A stretch of DNA of 64,000 nucleotides, taken from Planctomycetota bacterium. Lineage in GTDB: Bacteria > Planctomycetota > UBA11346. Numbering within the stretch: the stretch's first letter is position 1; the number at the start of each line of letters is the position of its first letter. Position numbers and translations under genes: made by a program. The notes beneath the pieces are model-generated. The model saw only the letters and a list, made by a program, of their open reading frames with translations. It made no database searches and was not told where the DNA came from. Shown here one piece after another: positions 10,212 to 21,400 of this stretch. The stretch covers positions 1 through 64,000 of the forward strand of contig JBBRLJ010000019.1 in the NCBI GenBank assembly GCA_038231435.1, written 5' to 3'.

Positions 10212-12155
10212 ATGCCTGTGCTCCAGCATGATCGCGATCTCGAGACCCGAGCAGCCGTGAGCGACTCGACCCGCGGCCTGCGCCAACGCAGCGAGCTCCC
10301 CTGGCTGATAGCGATCCTGGCCACGCTGCTCGGCGGCTGGTGGGCGCTCAATGCCTTCGTCTTCCGCGTCTATCCGCCGGATCCGAGCGAGCACGGCCGC
10401 TTCTCGCTGGTGCGCTGGGGCACCGATCCCAATCCCGCGCGCCAAGAGCAGGTGAGCATCTTCAACCGCGCGCACCGCGACCAGCACATCAAGGTCGAGG
10501 TCGTGCCGGGCGCCGCATCGATGCAGGCCGTCATCACCCGCAGCGCGGCCAACGACGCGCCCGAGGTCATCGACGCCTACGGGCCCGAGGATCTGTTCCA
10601 GTACGCCGCGAAGGGCATCGCCAAGCCGCTGAATCCGTACCTCAAAGAGACGCATTTCGACCCGGCGACCCATACCTGGCCGGCCCTGGTCGAGACCATC
10701 AGTGCCCCCAATCCGGCGTACCGTCCAGGCGTCGACGACCCGATCGATGCCCGCCTGTGGTACTCGATGCCCAACAACATCTTCTACGACCTCTGCTATC
10801 TCAACCGCACGCTCTACCTGCGCGCCGCAGAGGAGCAGCGCGCCGCTGGACGCCCGGTGCCGCCTGAACCCTGGGTGGGATGGACCTGGTGGGACTTCGC
10901 CGCGTTGGCGAAGATCATGCAGCGCCACGGCGCCGACGGTCGATTCGTCAGCTTCGGCGCGACGCCGCCCAACACCGAGGCCATCGCAGTGATGATCGGC
11001 GCTGGCATGCGCGGCGAGGACCGGGCCGGATTCGACGCGCTCGACGCCGCCACCAAGGCGCAGCGCGGCCTAGCCGGCCTGTCGTGGGACGACTGCGTCG
11101 CGACCACCAGCACCGCCGCCACCTCCGCCACTGCAGCGGGGAGCACGCCGACCATCTGGCCGAATCGCGTGGCGATCACCCAGGCCCTGCAATTCTCGTA
11201 CGATCTCCAGAACGTCATCCATGCGGTGCCGTCGCAGAGCGATCAGCAGCAGATGGCGACCGGCGGCGGCGCCTACGGCGGCTCCGGACTCAACGGCCAG
11301 TTCCTCGCCGGCAACTGCGGGATGCTGATCATGGGTCGCTGGTACCTGGGCCAGATCCGCGCGAACGTCGCCTTTGATTGGCGGCTGGTGCGCATGCCGC
11401 GCTGGGTGCCGTACGCGGAATGGGCGCGCTGGCAGCGCGAGGGCAAGGGCCCACACGAGCGCGACGGGGACTGGGGCGACCGCGAGCACCCGGACCGTGG
11501 TTACCAGATCCAGGTGGGGACGCGCTCGACCTTCCTCAGCAGCAGCGCGCGCGATCCGCGCCAGGCCTTCGCCTTCCTGCGCTTCATCGCCACCGATCCC
11601 GACTACAACCGCCTGATCCTGCTCGAGGACGGCGCCGGCGCCGATTACGCGATGAGTGTCGACTACATGGGCAAACTGGATCCGCTGGTGCCTGACGAGT
11701 TGGTGAAGCGCTCGCCCGAGCAGGAGCTGGGCGCGATCCGCTGCCAGCTGCCCTTGTCGCGCTGGCCCTGGCCCAACTCCAATGCCAAGGCCACCATCGC
11801 CTGGAGCACGCTGCCGTCGTGGATCGGCCGCTCCGAGCTGGCCACCGATGCCCTCGCCTCGGGCGCGCCGGCTACCGACTTTCCCGAGCTCGGGCGCTTC
11901 ACCGGCGAATCCTCGATGCGCACTTCCCAAGCCGTGGGTGAAGGCCTGGCGAAGCGCCTGTGCTCGAGCCTCGACGCGCTCGCCGCCGAAGGCATGCAGA
12001 TGTCGCGCATCCCCAACGCCGCGCCGCCGTCGCTGCGGACCATCGCATGCCTGGTCGCGGTCCTCGTGCTCGGGGCCTGGCTGAGCGCCGGCGTGGTGAT
12101 GAACGCGCGGCGCCGGCGACGCGCGCTCGACGAGCCGGAGCCCGCACATGGGTGA
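10212..12155 (+). CDS. Sugar ABC transporter extracellular solute-binding protein
   Basis: VRWGTDPNPARQEQVSIFN, APEVIDAY, LCYLNRTL, WTWWDF, FLAGNCGMLIMGRW, AFAFLRF. First gene of a carbohydrate ABC operon. Hydrophobic segments at both termini; true start may be GTG 10257. Confidence 0.75.
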   Translation: MPVLQHDRDLETRAAVSDSTRGLRQRSELPWLIAILATLLGGWWALNAFVFRVYPPDPSEHGRFSLVRWGTDPNPARQEQVSIFNRAHRDQHIKVEVVPGAASMQAVITRSAANDAPEVIDAYGPEDLFQYAAKGIAKPLNPYLKETHFDPATHTWPALVETISAPNPAYRPGVDDPIDARLWYSMPNNIFYDLCYLNRTLYLRAAEEQRAAGRPVPPEPWVGWTWWDFAALAKIMQRHGADGRFVSFGATPPNTEAIAVMIGAGMRGEDRAGFDALDAATKAQRGLAGLSWDDCVATTSTAATSATAAGSTPTIWPNRVAITQALQFSYDLQNVIHAVPSQSDQQQMATGGGAYGGSGLNGQFLAGNCGMLIMGRWYLGQIRANVAFDWRLVRMPRWVPYAEWARWQREGKGPHERDGDWGDREHPDRGYQIQVGTRSTFLSSSARDPRQAFAFLRFIATDPDYNRLILLEDGAGADYAMSVDYMGKLDPLVPDELVKRSPEQELGAIRCQLPLSRWPWPNSNAKATIAWSTLPSWIGRSELATDALASGAPATDFPELGRFTGESSMRTSQAVGEGLAKRLCSSLDALAAEGMQMSRIPNAAPPSLRTIACLVAVLVLGAWLSAGVVMNARRRRRALDEPEPAHG

Positions 12156-13098
12156 CCGCAAGCGGCCATGGCGCGAACTCGGCACTGGGCTGGCCTTCAT
12201 CAGCCCGAACCTGCTGCTGTTCCTGGTGTTCACCCTCGCCCCGACGCTGTTCACGCTCGGCCTGGCGTTCTTCCGCTGGGACCCGTTCAGCTCGCCGTCG
12301 TTCGTCGGCTTCGACAACTTCAACCGGCTGCTCAGCGACAACAGCTTCTGGTACTACCTGTTCAACACCGCGGTGTTCCTGCTCGGGCTGCCGCTGTCGA
12401 TGGCGGGTTCGCTCGCGCTCGCGGTGGTGCTGAGCCAGCCGCTACGCGGGGTCATCGCCTACCGCACCGTCTACTACCTGCCCACCCTCACCAGCGGTGT
12501 CGCAGTGTTCCTGCTCTGGAAGGTGATGTACAACAAGGAGGGCGGCCTGATCAACGCCATCGCCCTGCCGATGCTCAACGCCGTCGGCGCGAGCCATGGC
12601 GGCCATCAGCTGACCATGGCGGACATGCCCGACTGGCTGAACCAGGCGTGGACGGTCTGCGGCGTCGAATGCTACCTCGCCAAGCCCGCGCTGATCTTCA
12701 TGGGCATCTGGGCCGGGGTCGGCGGCGGCAACATGATCCTCTACCTGGCGGCGATCGCGGGCGTTCCGCCGGAACTCTACGAGGCCGCCGAGATCGACGG
12801 CGCATCGCGGTGGCGGCGCTTCTGGGACATCACCTGGCCGATGATCGCGCCGACCACCTTCTTCATCATCGTCATGGGCACGATCGGTGGCTTGCAGGGC
12901 GGATTCGAGATGGCGTACCTGATGACCCAGGGCGGCCCCGACGGCTCGACCACCACCGTCGGCTACTACATCTTCACCAAGGGTTTCGGCGATTTCGAGT
13001 TCGGCTACGCGGCGGCGATCTCGTTCGCCCTATTCGGACTGGTCGCCGCGATGACCGCGCTCAACTGGCGCTTCGGCTCCAAGGCCGGAGGGTACTGA
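12148..13098 (+). CDS. Carbohydrate ABC transporter permease (MalF/UgpA type)
   Basis: FVGFDNF, YRTVYYLP and EAA loop ELYEAAEIDGASRWRRFWDITWP. Confidence 0.92.
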   Translation: MGDRKRPWRELGTGLAFISPNLLLFLVFTLAPTLFTLGLAFFRWDPFSSPSFVGFDNFNRLLSDNSFWYYLFNTAVFLLGLPLSMAGSLALAVVLSQPLRGVIAYRTVYYLPTLTSGVAVFLLWKVMYNKEGGLINAIALPMLNAVGASHGGHQLTMADMPDWLNQAWTVCGVECYLAKPALIFMGIWAGVGGGNMILYLAAIAGVPPELYEAAEIDGASRWRRFWDITWPMIAPTTFFIIVMGTIGGLQGGFEMAYLMTQGGPDGSTTTVGYYIFTKGFGDFEFGYAAAISFALFGLVAAMTALNWRFGSKAGGY

Positions 13099-13099
13099 G

Positions 13100-14773
13100 A
13101 TGGCCCGCGAAGGAGTGTCCCGCCCCGCCGCGCTCGCCAGCCACGTGCTGCTGATCCTGGTCGGCATCACCATGCTGCTGCCGTTCCTGTGGATGGTGGG
13201 CACCTCGCTCAAGGGCGAGGGCGAGGTCTTCCAGCACAACGTCATCCCCGAGGCGATCGGCCTCGGCGCCGAGGGCACGCCCGTGCGCACGCGCGACGGC
13301 AAGCCGGTGTACGCGGCGGTGGCCGCCGCCGCGGCCGCGCCGGATACCCCGGAGCATCCGGCGTGGATCCGCGGCGACGAGATCCGCGTGCACCTCGGCA
13401 CGCCGGTGCAGCAGGGCTCGAGCGGCGAGCGCGCGGCGATGCCCGACGGCGAGAGCCTCAGCGACGATCTCGGCATCCCGGCCCAGCTCGGCAACATCCT
13501 GCGCGATGGCGATCGCGCGGCCGAGCTTGGATCCCTGGCGCGCTTCCGCGACCCGCGCGCGTTCGATAAATACGCCGAGGTCGCGGTCGTCGAACGCGGC
13601 TTCACCGCTCCCGGTTTCGACGCCCAGGCCAACGAGGCCACGGCGCGCGCGTGGTTCTGCGAGCGTCCGGGCAGGTACCGCTCGGACGCGGCCTGGGAGA
13701 AGCTGGTGGCGACCCGCTTCGGCGGTTGCATCCCGCTGATGCTCGATCACGCCCTGTCGGACGAGTGGGCCTCGCACAGTGGCAAGGCCGAGCCGGTCAC
13801 GATCGGCGGCGTGAGCGTGGCGAACCGCAATCCCAAGCCGACGACCCCATTCTATCAGTTCAAGAACCTCAGCTGGGGCCAGCCCGGGCAGCCGGTGCGC
13901 GACAAGACACTCGCGGCGGTGCTGTGCCGCGCCTCGGGCGAGGCGGTGCGCTTCACGCCGGCCTTCCCGGTATTCCGCACCGAGGACGATGCCCTCAAGG
14001 CCGACGAACGCAGCGACCTGATGGTGTTCGTGGGCGACGAACCGGCGCCACGCACCATCGCCGGCCGCGAGCTCGCGCTCACCCGCCACGCGCGCTTCGT
14101 GTGGTCGAACTACCAGACCGTGCTCACCGATCCCAACGTCAAGATGACGCTGTTCGCCTGGAACAGCCTGTTCATCTCGGTGTCGGTGGTGCTGCTGCAG
14201 ATCCTCACCTCGTCGCTCGCCGCGTTCGCCTTCAGCCGTCTGGACTGGAAGGGCCGCGACGTGGTCTTCCTCGCCTATCTCGGCACCATGATGGTTCCTG
14301 CCGCGATCACCATGATCCCCAACTACCTGATCCTGCAGAAGCTCGGCTGGCTCAACAGCTTCAAGGGCCTGATCCTGCCCGCGGCCGCCAGCGCCTACGG
14401 CACGTTCATGCTGCGGCAGTACATGCTGACCCTGCCGAAGGGACTCGAAGAGGCCGCGCGCATCGATGGCGCCAGCGTACTGCGCGTGTGGTGGGACATC
14501 ATCATGCCGCTCTGCAAGCCCGCGGTGATCACCCTGGCGATCTTCACCTTCGGCGGCACCTGGATGTCGTTCACCTGGCCGCTGATCGTCGCCCCCGACG
14601 AACAAGTGCGCGTGCTGCCGGTGGCGCTCCAGCAGTTCTCATCTGGGCAGAGCACCGCGTACAGCCTGCTGATGGCGGCATCGCTGGTGATGATGCTGCC
14701 GATGCTCATCCTCTTCGTGTTCGGGCAGAAATATTTCGTCCGCGGCATCCAGCTCGGCGGCGTGAAGGGCTAG
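13100..14773 (+). CDS. Carbohydrate ABC transporter permease (MalG/UgpE type) with large insertion
   Basis: [13 protein letters not shown] ... WSNY ... NSLFIS ... [11 protein letters not shown] ... [15 protein letters not shown]. About 280 aa of extra soluble loop after TM1. Confidence 0.9.
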   Translation: MAREGVSRPAALASHVLLILVGITMLLPFLWMVGTSLKGEGEVFQHNVIPEAIGLGAEGTPVRTRDGKPVYAAVAAAAAAPDTPEHPAWIRGDEIRVHLGTPVQQGSSGERAAMPDGESLSDDLGIPAQLGNILRDGDRAAELGSLARFRDPRAFDKYAEVAVVERGFTAPGFDAQANEATARAWFCERPGRYRSDAAWEKLVATRFGGCIPLMLDHALSDEWASHSGKAEPVTIGGVSVANRNPKPTTPFYQFKNLSWGQPGQPVRDKTLAAVLCRASGEAVRFTPAFPVFRTEDDALKADERSDLMVFVGDEPAPRTIAGRELALTRHARFVWSNYQTVLTDPNVKMTLFAWNSLFISVSVVLLQILTSSLAAFAFSRLDWKGRDVVFLAYLGTMMVPAAITMIPNYLILQKLGWLNSFKGLILPAAASAYGTFMLRQYMLTLPKGLEEAARIDGASVLRVWWDIIMPLCKPAVITLAIFTFGGTWMSFTWPLIVAPDEQVRVLPVALQQFSSGQSTAYSLLMAASLVMMLPMLILFVFGQKYFVRGIQLGGVKG

Positions 14774-14781
14774 GCGGAGAC

Positions 14782-15927
14782 ATGGCGGACATCACCCTCG
14801 GCAAACTGGTCAAGCGCTACGACAACGGCTACACTGCCGTCAAAGGCATCGACCTGCGCATCCGCGACAAGGAGTTCATGGTCCTGGTCGGCCCCTCGGG
14901 CTGCGGCAAGAGCACCACGTTGCGCATGATCGCCGGCCTCGAGGACGTGTCCTCGGGCGAGATCCGCATCGGCGAGCGCGTGGTCAACGACGTCGAGCCG
15001 AAGGACCGCGACATCGCCATGGTCTTCCAGAATTACGCGCTCTACCCGCACATGACCGTGTACGAGAACATGGCGTACGGTCTCAAGCTCCGGCGCATGC
15101 CGCGCGGACAGATCGATGCCCAGGTCGGCGAGGCCGCGAAGATGCTGGGCCTCGAGGCCCAGCTCCCCAAGCTGCCGAAGCTGCTCTCGGGCGGGCAGCG
15201 CCAGCGCGTCGCGCTCGGACGCGCGATCGTCAGGCACCCAAAGGTGTTCCTCTTCGACGAGCCGTTGTCGAACCTCGACGCCAAGCTGCGCGCCGAGATG
15301 CGCTTCGAGCTCAAGTCGCTGCAGAGCCGCCTGCAGACCACCATGGTCTACGTCACCCACGACCAGATCGAGGCGATGACCCTGGGCGATCGCATCACCG
15401 TCATGTCGGTGGGCGAGATCCAGCAGGTGGCGACGCCGACGACCATCTACGATTTCCCATTCAACCGCTTCGTCGCCAGCTTCATCGGCACCCCGGTGAT
15501 GAACTTCCTCGCCGGCCGCCTCGAGCAGGCGGAGGGCGGCATGCGCTTCGCTATCGACCAGGGACCCGCGCTGCGGCTGCACGCAGCGCACCAGGAGTCG
15601 CTGCCGGCTATGGCCGGCATGGACACGGTCATCGGCGTGCGCCCCGAACACCTCAGCCATGGCGCCTTCACGCCCACCGCTCAGACCGCGACGCGCATCG
15701 AGGCCGAGGTCGCCGTCATCGAGAACATGGGCGATCACCAGTACGTCTACCTGCGCATGCCGGGCAGCTCCGAACCGGTGGTGATGAAGTGCAACAGCCA
15801 CCATCGCTGCAAGCCTGGCGAGAAGATCCCGGTGAACATCGACACCGCGCTCGCCCACGTGTTCGCTGACCGCAGCGACCATGCGCGCACGCTGACGCTC
15901 CCGATCGGTTTCGCCCAGCAGCAATAG
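14782..15927 (+). CDS. Carbohydrate ABC transporter ATP-binding protein (MalK/UgpC type)
   Basis: Start MADITL (GGAG RBS). Walker [52 protein letters not shown], and a TOBE-type C-terminus. Confidence 0.95.
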   Translation: MADITLGKLVKRYDNGYTAVKGIDLRIRDKEFMVLVGPSGCGKSTTLRMIAGLEDVSSGEIRIGERVVNDVEPKDRDIAMVFQNYALYPHMTVYENMAYGLKLRRMPRGQIDAQVGEAAKMLGLEAQLPKLPKLLSGGQRQRVALGRAIVRHPKVFLFDEPLSNLDAKLRAEMRFELKSLQSRLQTTMVYVTHDQIEAMTLGDRITVMSVGEIQQVATPTTIYDFPFNRFVASFIGTPVMNFLAGRLEQAEGGMRFAIDQGPALRLHAAHQESLPAMAGMDTVIGVRPEHLSHGAFTPTAQTATRIEAEVAVIENMGDHQYVYLRMPGSSEPVVMKCNSHHRCKPGEKIPVNIDTALAHVFADRSDHARTLTLPIGFAQQQ

Positions 15928-15985
15928 CCTGTGCCGGACTAGCTTGCGTCGGACTTGCCTGCGCCGGCGCTGCGCGTCGGTCGAG

Positions 15986-17590
15986 TCATCTTCCCGGAGC
16001 CTTGCCGTTATCGCCAACGCCGTCGAGGTAGCGCAGATCGAGCACCCGCCAGGAGCGCGGCCAATCCTTGTCCTCGAAGCGCAGCAGCCTGCCCTCGTAG
16101 CGGACCACCGGATAGGAGTAGCCGTGGTCGCTCGGCACCAACCCGATGCCATCGCTTCCGCTGAAGCCGATCACCTGGATCTCGTCGGGTACCTCTCCCA
16201 GACCGATGCGCTGGGCGGCGTCCTGACCGAGTCGTTCCTCGTGCGGCAGCAACCCCATGAGCATCTCCGCCGCTTCCTTGTCGACGCCGGATTCGTCCAG
16301 CCGCTTGGCGAGGTCGCCCCGCGTGATCACGGCGATGCCGGCGCTCGCCAGGGCGGCGAGGTTGTCGGCGCGGTTCTTCTTGTCCCTCCATGCGGAGGCC
16401 GCTGCCTGCTCCGCATCGGCGGGCACCCACGCGTCGCATGCGAGCAGGTAGACGTGTCCGGACAGGATGGCGAGCGCTGGCTTCGCGGCTGCGGTCTTCA
16501 GGTGCTTGGTCGATTCGAACGACACCGAGCCGAGCGATAGCAGGGCGCGTGCTCCCGGCAGCCAGGCGCGATCCTGGATGCGCTTGAGCCGCAGCGGGGT
16601 GTGCGCTTCCAGCCCGCTGACATCCACGGTGTACGCGCGCAGCGCCTCGCGCGCCGCGCCATGGTGACCCGCCAGCAGCACGCAGGCGACCACGAGCCCC
16701 ACGACCACCGCGCTACCGATCAGCCAGCTCACGAGATTGCGGTGGTCGCGCTCGCCCTCGCCGACCACCAGGATGTCGCCCGATCGGCGCGGCTTCTTCT
16801 TCGCTTGCTTGCCCGTCTGCTTGGCCGCCCCCTCAGGCGCCGAATTCGAGGGCGCGGCCTTCACGGCCTCCTCGGCGCGCGTCGTTACCTCGGCCAAGGC
16901 ACGCGACATCTCGCGGCGCGCCTCCTCCTGCTCTGCGGTGAGCTTGTGCTTGCCGAGCGCGGAGCGCGGCGCAGCTGCGGGCGACGCCGGGACGGGTGGG
17001 CTTCCTGCGAGTGGAGCTGCGGAAGGAGCCTTAGAGGGAACCGTGGATGGCGTCACGGATGGAACAGTGCGCGGGGACTGGGCGGCCACCGGCTTGAGGA
17101 AGGCGGCCGTCGCCGGCTTCAGCGGGTCGCGCAGGACCGCGTGGCCGCCGGTCGCGGTCTGCGCGCTCGACGCCGGATCGTCCGGCATGTCGGCGACGCC
17201 GCCGTCCGCGCGCACGCGGAAGAGCTTGTCGCAGCGAGCACACCTGAGCGGCCGCCCGATCCAGATCGCCTTCAGCGGATATCCGGCGTCGCAGTGAGGG
17301 CAGCGGACGGTGGTCATGAGGATCGACGCTCGTCTCCGGAGGTCCGCTTCGGCTCGTCGCCTACCGCCTTCGACCGGGGCGGCGTCGTTCGGCTGGTCCG
17401 GCGGCAAGCGACCGGATACAGGGGCTGAGGTCGACGACTCCTCACTGGCGGAGTATGGCATTCCGCCTGGAGCAGGGGAAGCATCCACTTCCCGACTCAT
17501 TGGCGGTTGGTGACGCATCGGATGCTGCATCGGATGCTTGAGTTGATGCATCACCGATTGTTTCATCGCTTGTTTCATCGGGTGCTGCAT
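15986..17590 (-). CDS. Zinc-ribbon (CxxC...CxxC) single-pass membrane protein
   Basis: VRCPHCDAGY...LRCARCDKLF (MJ0042/zinc-ribbon style), Pro/Ala linker, TM LVSWLIGSAVVVGLVVACVLL. GGAGG precedes ATG 17590; alternative start 17317. Confidence 0.7.
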   Translation of the reverse strand: MQHPMKQAMKQSVMHQLKHPMQHPMRHQPPMSREVDASPAPGGMPYSASEESSTSAPVSGRLPPDQPNDAAPVEGGRRRAEADLRRRASILMTTVRCPHCDAGYPLKAIWIGRPLRCARCDKLFRVRADGGVADMPDDPASSAQTATGGHAVLRDPLKPATAAFLKPVAAQSPRTVPSVTPSTVPSKAPSAAPLAGSPPVPASPAAAPRSALGKHKLTAEQEEARREMSRALAEVTTRAEEAVKAAPSNSAPEGAAKQTGKQAKKKPRRSGDILVVGEGERDHRNLVSWLIGSAVVVGLVVACVLLAGHHGAAREALRAYTVDVSGLEAHTPLRLKRIQDRAWLPGARALLSLGSVSFESTKHLKTAAAKPALAILSGHVYLLACDAWVPADAEQAAASAWRDKKNRADNLAALASAGIAVITRGDLAKRLDESGVDKEAAEMLMGLLPHEERLGQDAAQRIGLGEVPDEIQVIGFSGSDGIGLVPSDHGYSYPVVRYEGRLLRFEDKDWPRSWRVLDLRYLDGVGDNGKAPGR

Positions 17591-17596
17591 CGGTCG
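17513..17596. repeat. Degenerate 12-bp tandem repeat (7 units)
   Basis: acgcatcggatg ctgcatcggatg cttgagttgatg catcaccgattg tttcatcgcttg tttcatcgggtg ctgcatcggtcg. On the minus strand it reads MQHP MKQA MKQS VMHQ LKHP MQHP MRHQ. Confidence 0.7.
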
Positions 17597-17723
17597 CCTC
17601 CAGGCTCGCCGGCGAATTCATTCGTGGGTGAAAACGATCTCGTCCACGCGCATATCGCACTCGAACCTCGTCGGAGCCAACCGCATGATGTCGATTTACC
17701 CGCCCTTCCCTGCAACATACCTC

Positions 17724-17759
17724 GCATCGAACCACGCATCGAACCAGGCATCGAATGCA
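17724..17759. repeat. 12-bp tandem repeat (3 units)
   Basis: GCATCGAACCAC GCATCGAACCAG GCATCGAATGCA. Confidence 0.7.
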
Positions 17760-18091
17760 GGCGTGGCTATCGACGCCAGCGCCGCCAGCAGGTGCTCCAT
17801 CCGAGATCCGGCGCCACCAGAGTCGCCTGATGGAGAAGCCCATGCGGGTTCGGATGGCGACTCGCTCGAGGCGGGGGGCGCGGAAGCGATCAGCACTTCC
17901 GCTGGGTGCACCAGCACGCACGCGCTCAAGCACCTCGTGAGCCTGCACATCAGGCCCGCCGTGGTACGTCGCCCGGACGCGGGAAGCCGCGCGAGGTCGC
18001 GATCGGGAAGCACATCTCGATGCTGGACCGGGTGCATGAGTGGCTCCGGGATGCTCCTGGAACCCGAGGGCTTCCCATGGAACTACGGTTA

Positions 18092-18116
18092 TGTATATCA
18101 ATACTGATGCATATCA
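18092..18116. promoter_or_regulatory. Putative operator (shared palindrome)
   Basis: TGTATATCA-ATAC-TGATGCATA, in an AT-rich patch between the divergent zinc-ribbon and kinase genes. Confidence 0.65.
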
Positions 18117-18420
18117 AGTATACGGAAGCTCCTCAAGCGATTTCCATCGCGGTTTGTGCGCTTACCGGCGTCGGCGTGCTACCCGCCCGGACTCACGCCC
18201 ACGGTGCGAGCGCACCACAATCCAGCATCAACCTGGCTGGGCTTCCTCGGCCGGTGGACGCCGTCGATGCGCAATGGCATTCGCGTCCGGCAACCCGGTC
18301 AGGCGGGGGGACGCAGCCCGGACAGAGGCACACGCACCAGTGCCAGCGACCCTGTCTTTCTTGTCGGGCAAATGGACCAGAGACATCCACCGGCTATCGT
18401 CCCACCATGGTCACGCGCGC

Positions 18421-21400
18421 ATGAGCGATCCGGCAGCCGAGCTGAAGAAGAAGTACCGCCGCACGGTCGCCGCGAAGTCCTTCTCCGCCGCCGGCGTGCG
18501 CGAGGCGGACGAGGAAGCGAACAACGCACAGCCCTCCACCGACCAGCCCCAGCTGAACGGTTCCAGCGCCACCGTTCGCCTGCGCCGGGTCGGCAGCACC
18601 ACGGTCGGCGGCCAACGCTTCCGCATCGATGAAGCCCTGGGCGTCGGCACCACCGGCGAAGTCTACTCGGTGTTCGATCGCAACCTCGAGCGCCTGGTGG
18701 CGGTCAAGGTGCTGCGGCGCACGCTGGTCGACAACGAGGACGAACTCAAGGCGTTCGTCAACGAAGCTCGACTCACCGCCTCGTTGTCGCACCCGAACGT
18801 CCTGCCGGTCCACGAGTTCGACGTCACCCACGATGGCCAGCCCTACTTCAGCATGAGCAGGATTGCCGGCGAATCGCTGGGCAGCATCCTCGAGAAATCC
18901 ACCCTGGATTTCCGCCACGCCGTTGTCGGCAACTTCAATGCGCTCGTCGGCATCATGATCGGCGTGGGCAACGCGCTCGCCTACGCCCACCACCAAGGCG
19001 TCGTCCATCAGGACGTCAAGCCAGACAACATCATGGTCGGTGAATTCGGCGAGGTGTTGCTGCTCGATTGGGGCAGCGCGGTGCGTGCCGGACTCGACGG
19101 CACGGTGACCAACCGCATCTACGGCACTCCCCTCTACATGAGCCCCGAGCAGGCCAGGCGCGACCATGTCGACGCGCGCAGCGACGTGTACTGCCTCGGC
19201 GCGACCTTCTTCCATGCGCTGACGCTCAGGTTGCCAGTGTGGGATGACGATCCCGACCGCTTCTGGGAGATGAAGCGCGACGGCGAGATCCAGCCGCCGA
19301 CCGAGGAGGAGCAGGAGAAGATCCCGGCGCAGCTGCTCGGCATCGCGCTCAAGGCGATGGCTCCGTCCCCAGAAAACCGCTATTCCAGCGCCAAGGAATT
19401 CATCGCCGACCTCAAGGATTGGCAGGCCGGGCTGGCGGTCAGCGCCTACCGGGATTCCATCGGCGTCAGGTTGCGGCGCTGGCACCGCCGCAACGCCAAG
19501 ATCATCTGGCCGGCGGCGATCATCGCGGGCATGGCGATCGGCTTCTCGCTGTATCTGCACGCGGAGCGGCTCAAGGAGCTCGCGGAATGGGGCGCGCCGA
19601 TCGTCACCGAAACATTCAGCGACGATTCCTGGCAATCACGTTGGACGCCGATGGATCCGGGGACCTTCGCCACTCAGGACGGTAAATTGGTGACCAAGGG
19701 CGAACGCGCGTCGTTCCTGGTCTACAACAAGCGCCTCAGCGGCAGCGTCGCCATGGAGTTCGACGGCGTGATGCCGCTCGACACCAGGCCGTGCGATCTC
19801 TCGGCGGTGTGGTGCGAAGGCAACGTCTTCGAGACGGCGGGGCCGAAATTCAACGGTCGCACCTACTTCCTGCAGACCGGCGCCCGCGACAACATCGTGG
19901 CGATGATACTCGAACCGAAAGACGCGCGCCAACTCTCGCTCAAGCGCCTGCACCTGGTCCCCGGCCAGTCCTACCACATCCGCGTCGTCATCGACGGGCT
20001 GCACATGGAGCTGCAGGTCGATGGCCAGACGCTCTGCAGCTACGATGACGTGTTCCCGTTCACCTCGGGCTACCTCGCGCTCTACGGCTATTACCCCGGC
20101 AAACTTTTCGACAACGTGAGGATCTACAACCGCGGTGTGCCACAGAAGATCTCGGTGCTCGCGATCGGCGACAGTCTCTACCAGATGGGGCTCTTCGATG
20201 CCGCGATGACGCACTACCAGCGAGTGATCGATTCGCACGGCGGCACCGAGCTCGCCGACGCGGCACTGTTTCGCATCGGCCTCTGCCAGCTCGTGCAAGG
20301 ACGGTGGAGCCAGGCCCGCGCGAGCTGGGAGGGCGTCCGCGACCCGGCGCTCAAGCTGCAGGTGCAGATCCACGACATGGATCACCTCTTCGACACGCGC
20401 ACGTTCACCGAGCTGGCGAACAGCTTCTCGGACGCTTACGAGCATCACCCCGAATTGCGTTCCGACCTACGCAGTCATTGGCGTTCCTGGGTCAAGGATC
20501 TCAATTTCGATCCGCCCGAATCCCTGCTGCCGCTCCTCCAACTCGAGGACGGGCATTTCCCGGCAGAAGAGGACTCCGTCACCTCCACCTTCAACATCCT
20601 GGATCGGCTCGGCCGCTGGGATGAGGCGGCGAAGCGTTTCGGGCAGGATCCCCAGGTCGGTCCATGGGCCCTGCTGGCCCTCGACCGCTACGAGGAGATG
20701 AACAAGAATTTCGCGGATTACCCCCTATCTCCGTGCACCGCGCAGATCGAGCGAGGCGAATACGATCTCGCACTCCCTGCCTCGCGGCAGTACGACTGGA
20801 TGCGCAAGGAATTGCTGCTGAGCACCGGTCGCTTCGAGGAGTACGCCAGTGAATTCGGCACCGATCCGAAACTCCTGGTGATGACCGGGCGCGCCCAGGA
20901 GGCGTTCGAGTTGCCAAACCCGCTCCCGAACTTCTCGGTGGAGAACGGAGAACGCGCGATCGCCCTGATGCAACTGGGCAAGCGCGAAGCCGCGCTCGCC
21001 TATGCCGAGGGACATCCGAAGGATTCCTGGAGCGACGACGATCGCGCGCGCGTTCTGGTGTATCTCGGCCGAGGCGCCGAGGCGGTACCGCTCGCCCGCG
21101 AGCTGCAGGCCAGGCACGTGGCGACCACCGGTGCCGCGCTCGATGCGGCGATCGCCGGCGATCTCGAACTCGCGCATCGTCGGGCGCAGGATGCCGCGAG
21201 AGTGCCCTTGTCGCTCTCCTTTCCGCACGGCTGGTTCGAACACTACGTGGTCCTGCCCGCGCTCGATTCCGGCAAGCTGACCGACGTCGCGCCCGCGCTG
21301 GCCGCTGTGGTCAAGTCTGGCCGCTACGAGCATCACCAACGCCCGTGGTATTTCGCGCGACTGGTCGCTGGCGAGGCGTCCGACGAGGAATACCTGAAGC

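Noticed and set aside
13651..14781. N-terminal extension of the ABC ATPase ORF
   Set aside because: Out-of-frame shadow of the permease; the real start with RBS is 14782.
17513..17759. Repeats as a CRISPR array
   Set aside because: 12-bp contiguous units, no unique spacers and no cas genes.
17597..18420. ORFs 17628..18107, 17696..18037, 17442..18101 and the 18040 kinase extension
   Set aside because: No recognisable motifs, and they span the AT-rich operator; treated as divergent intergenic DNA.
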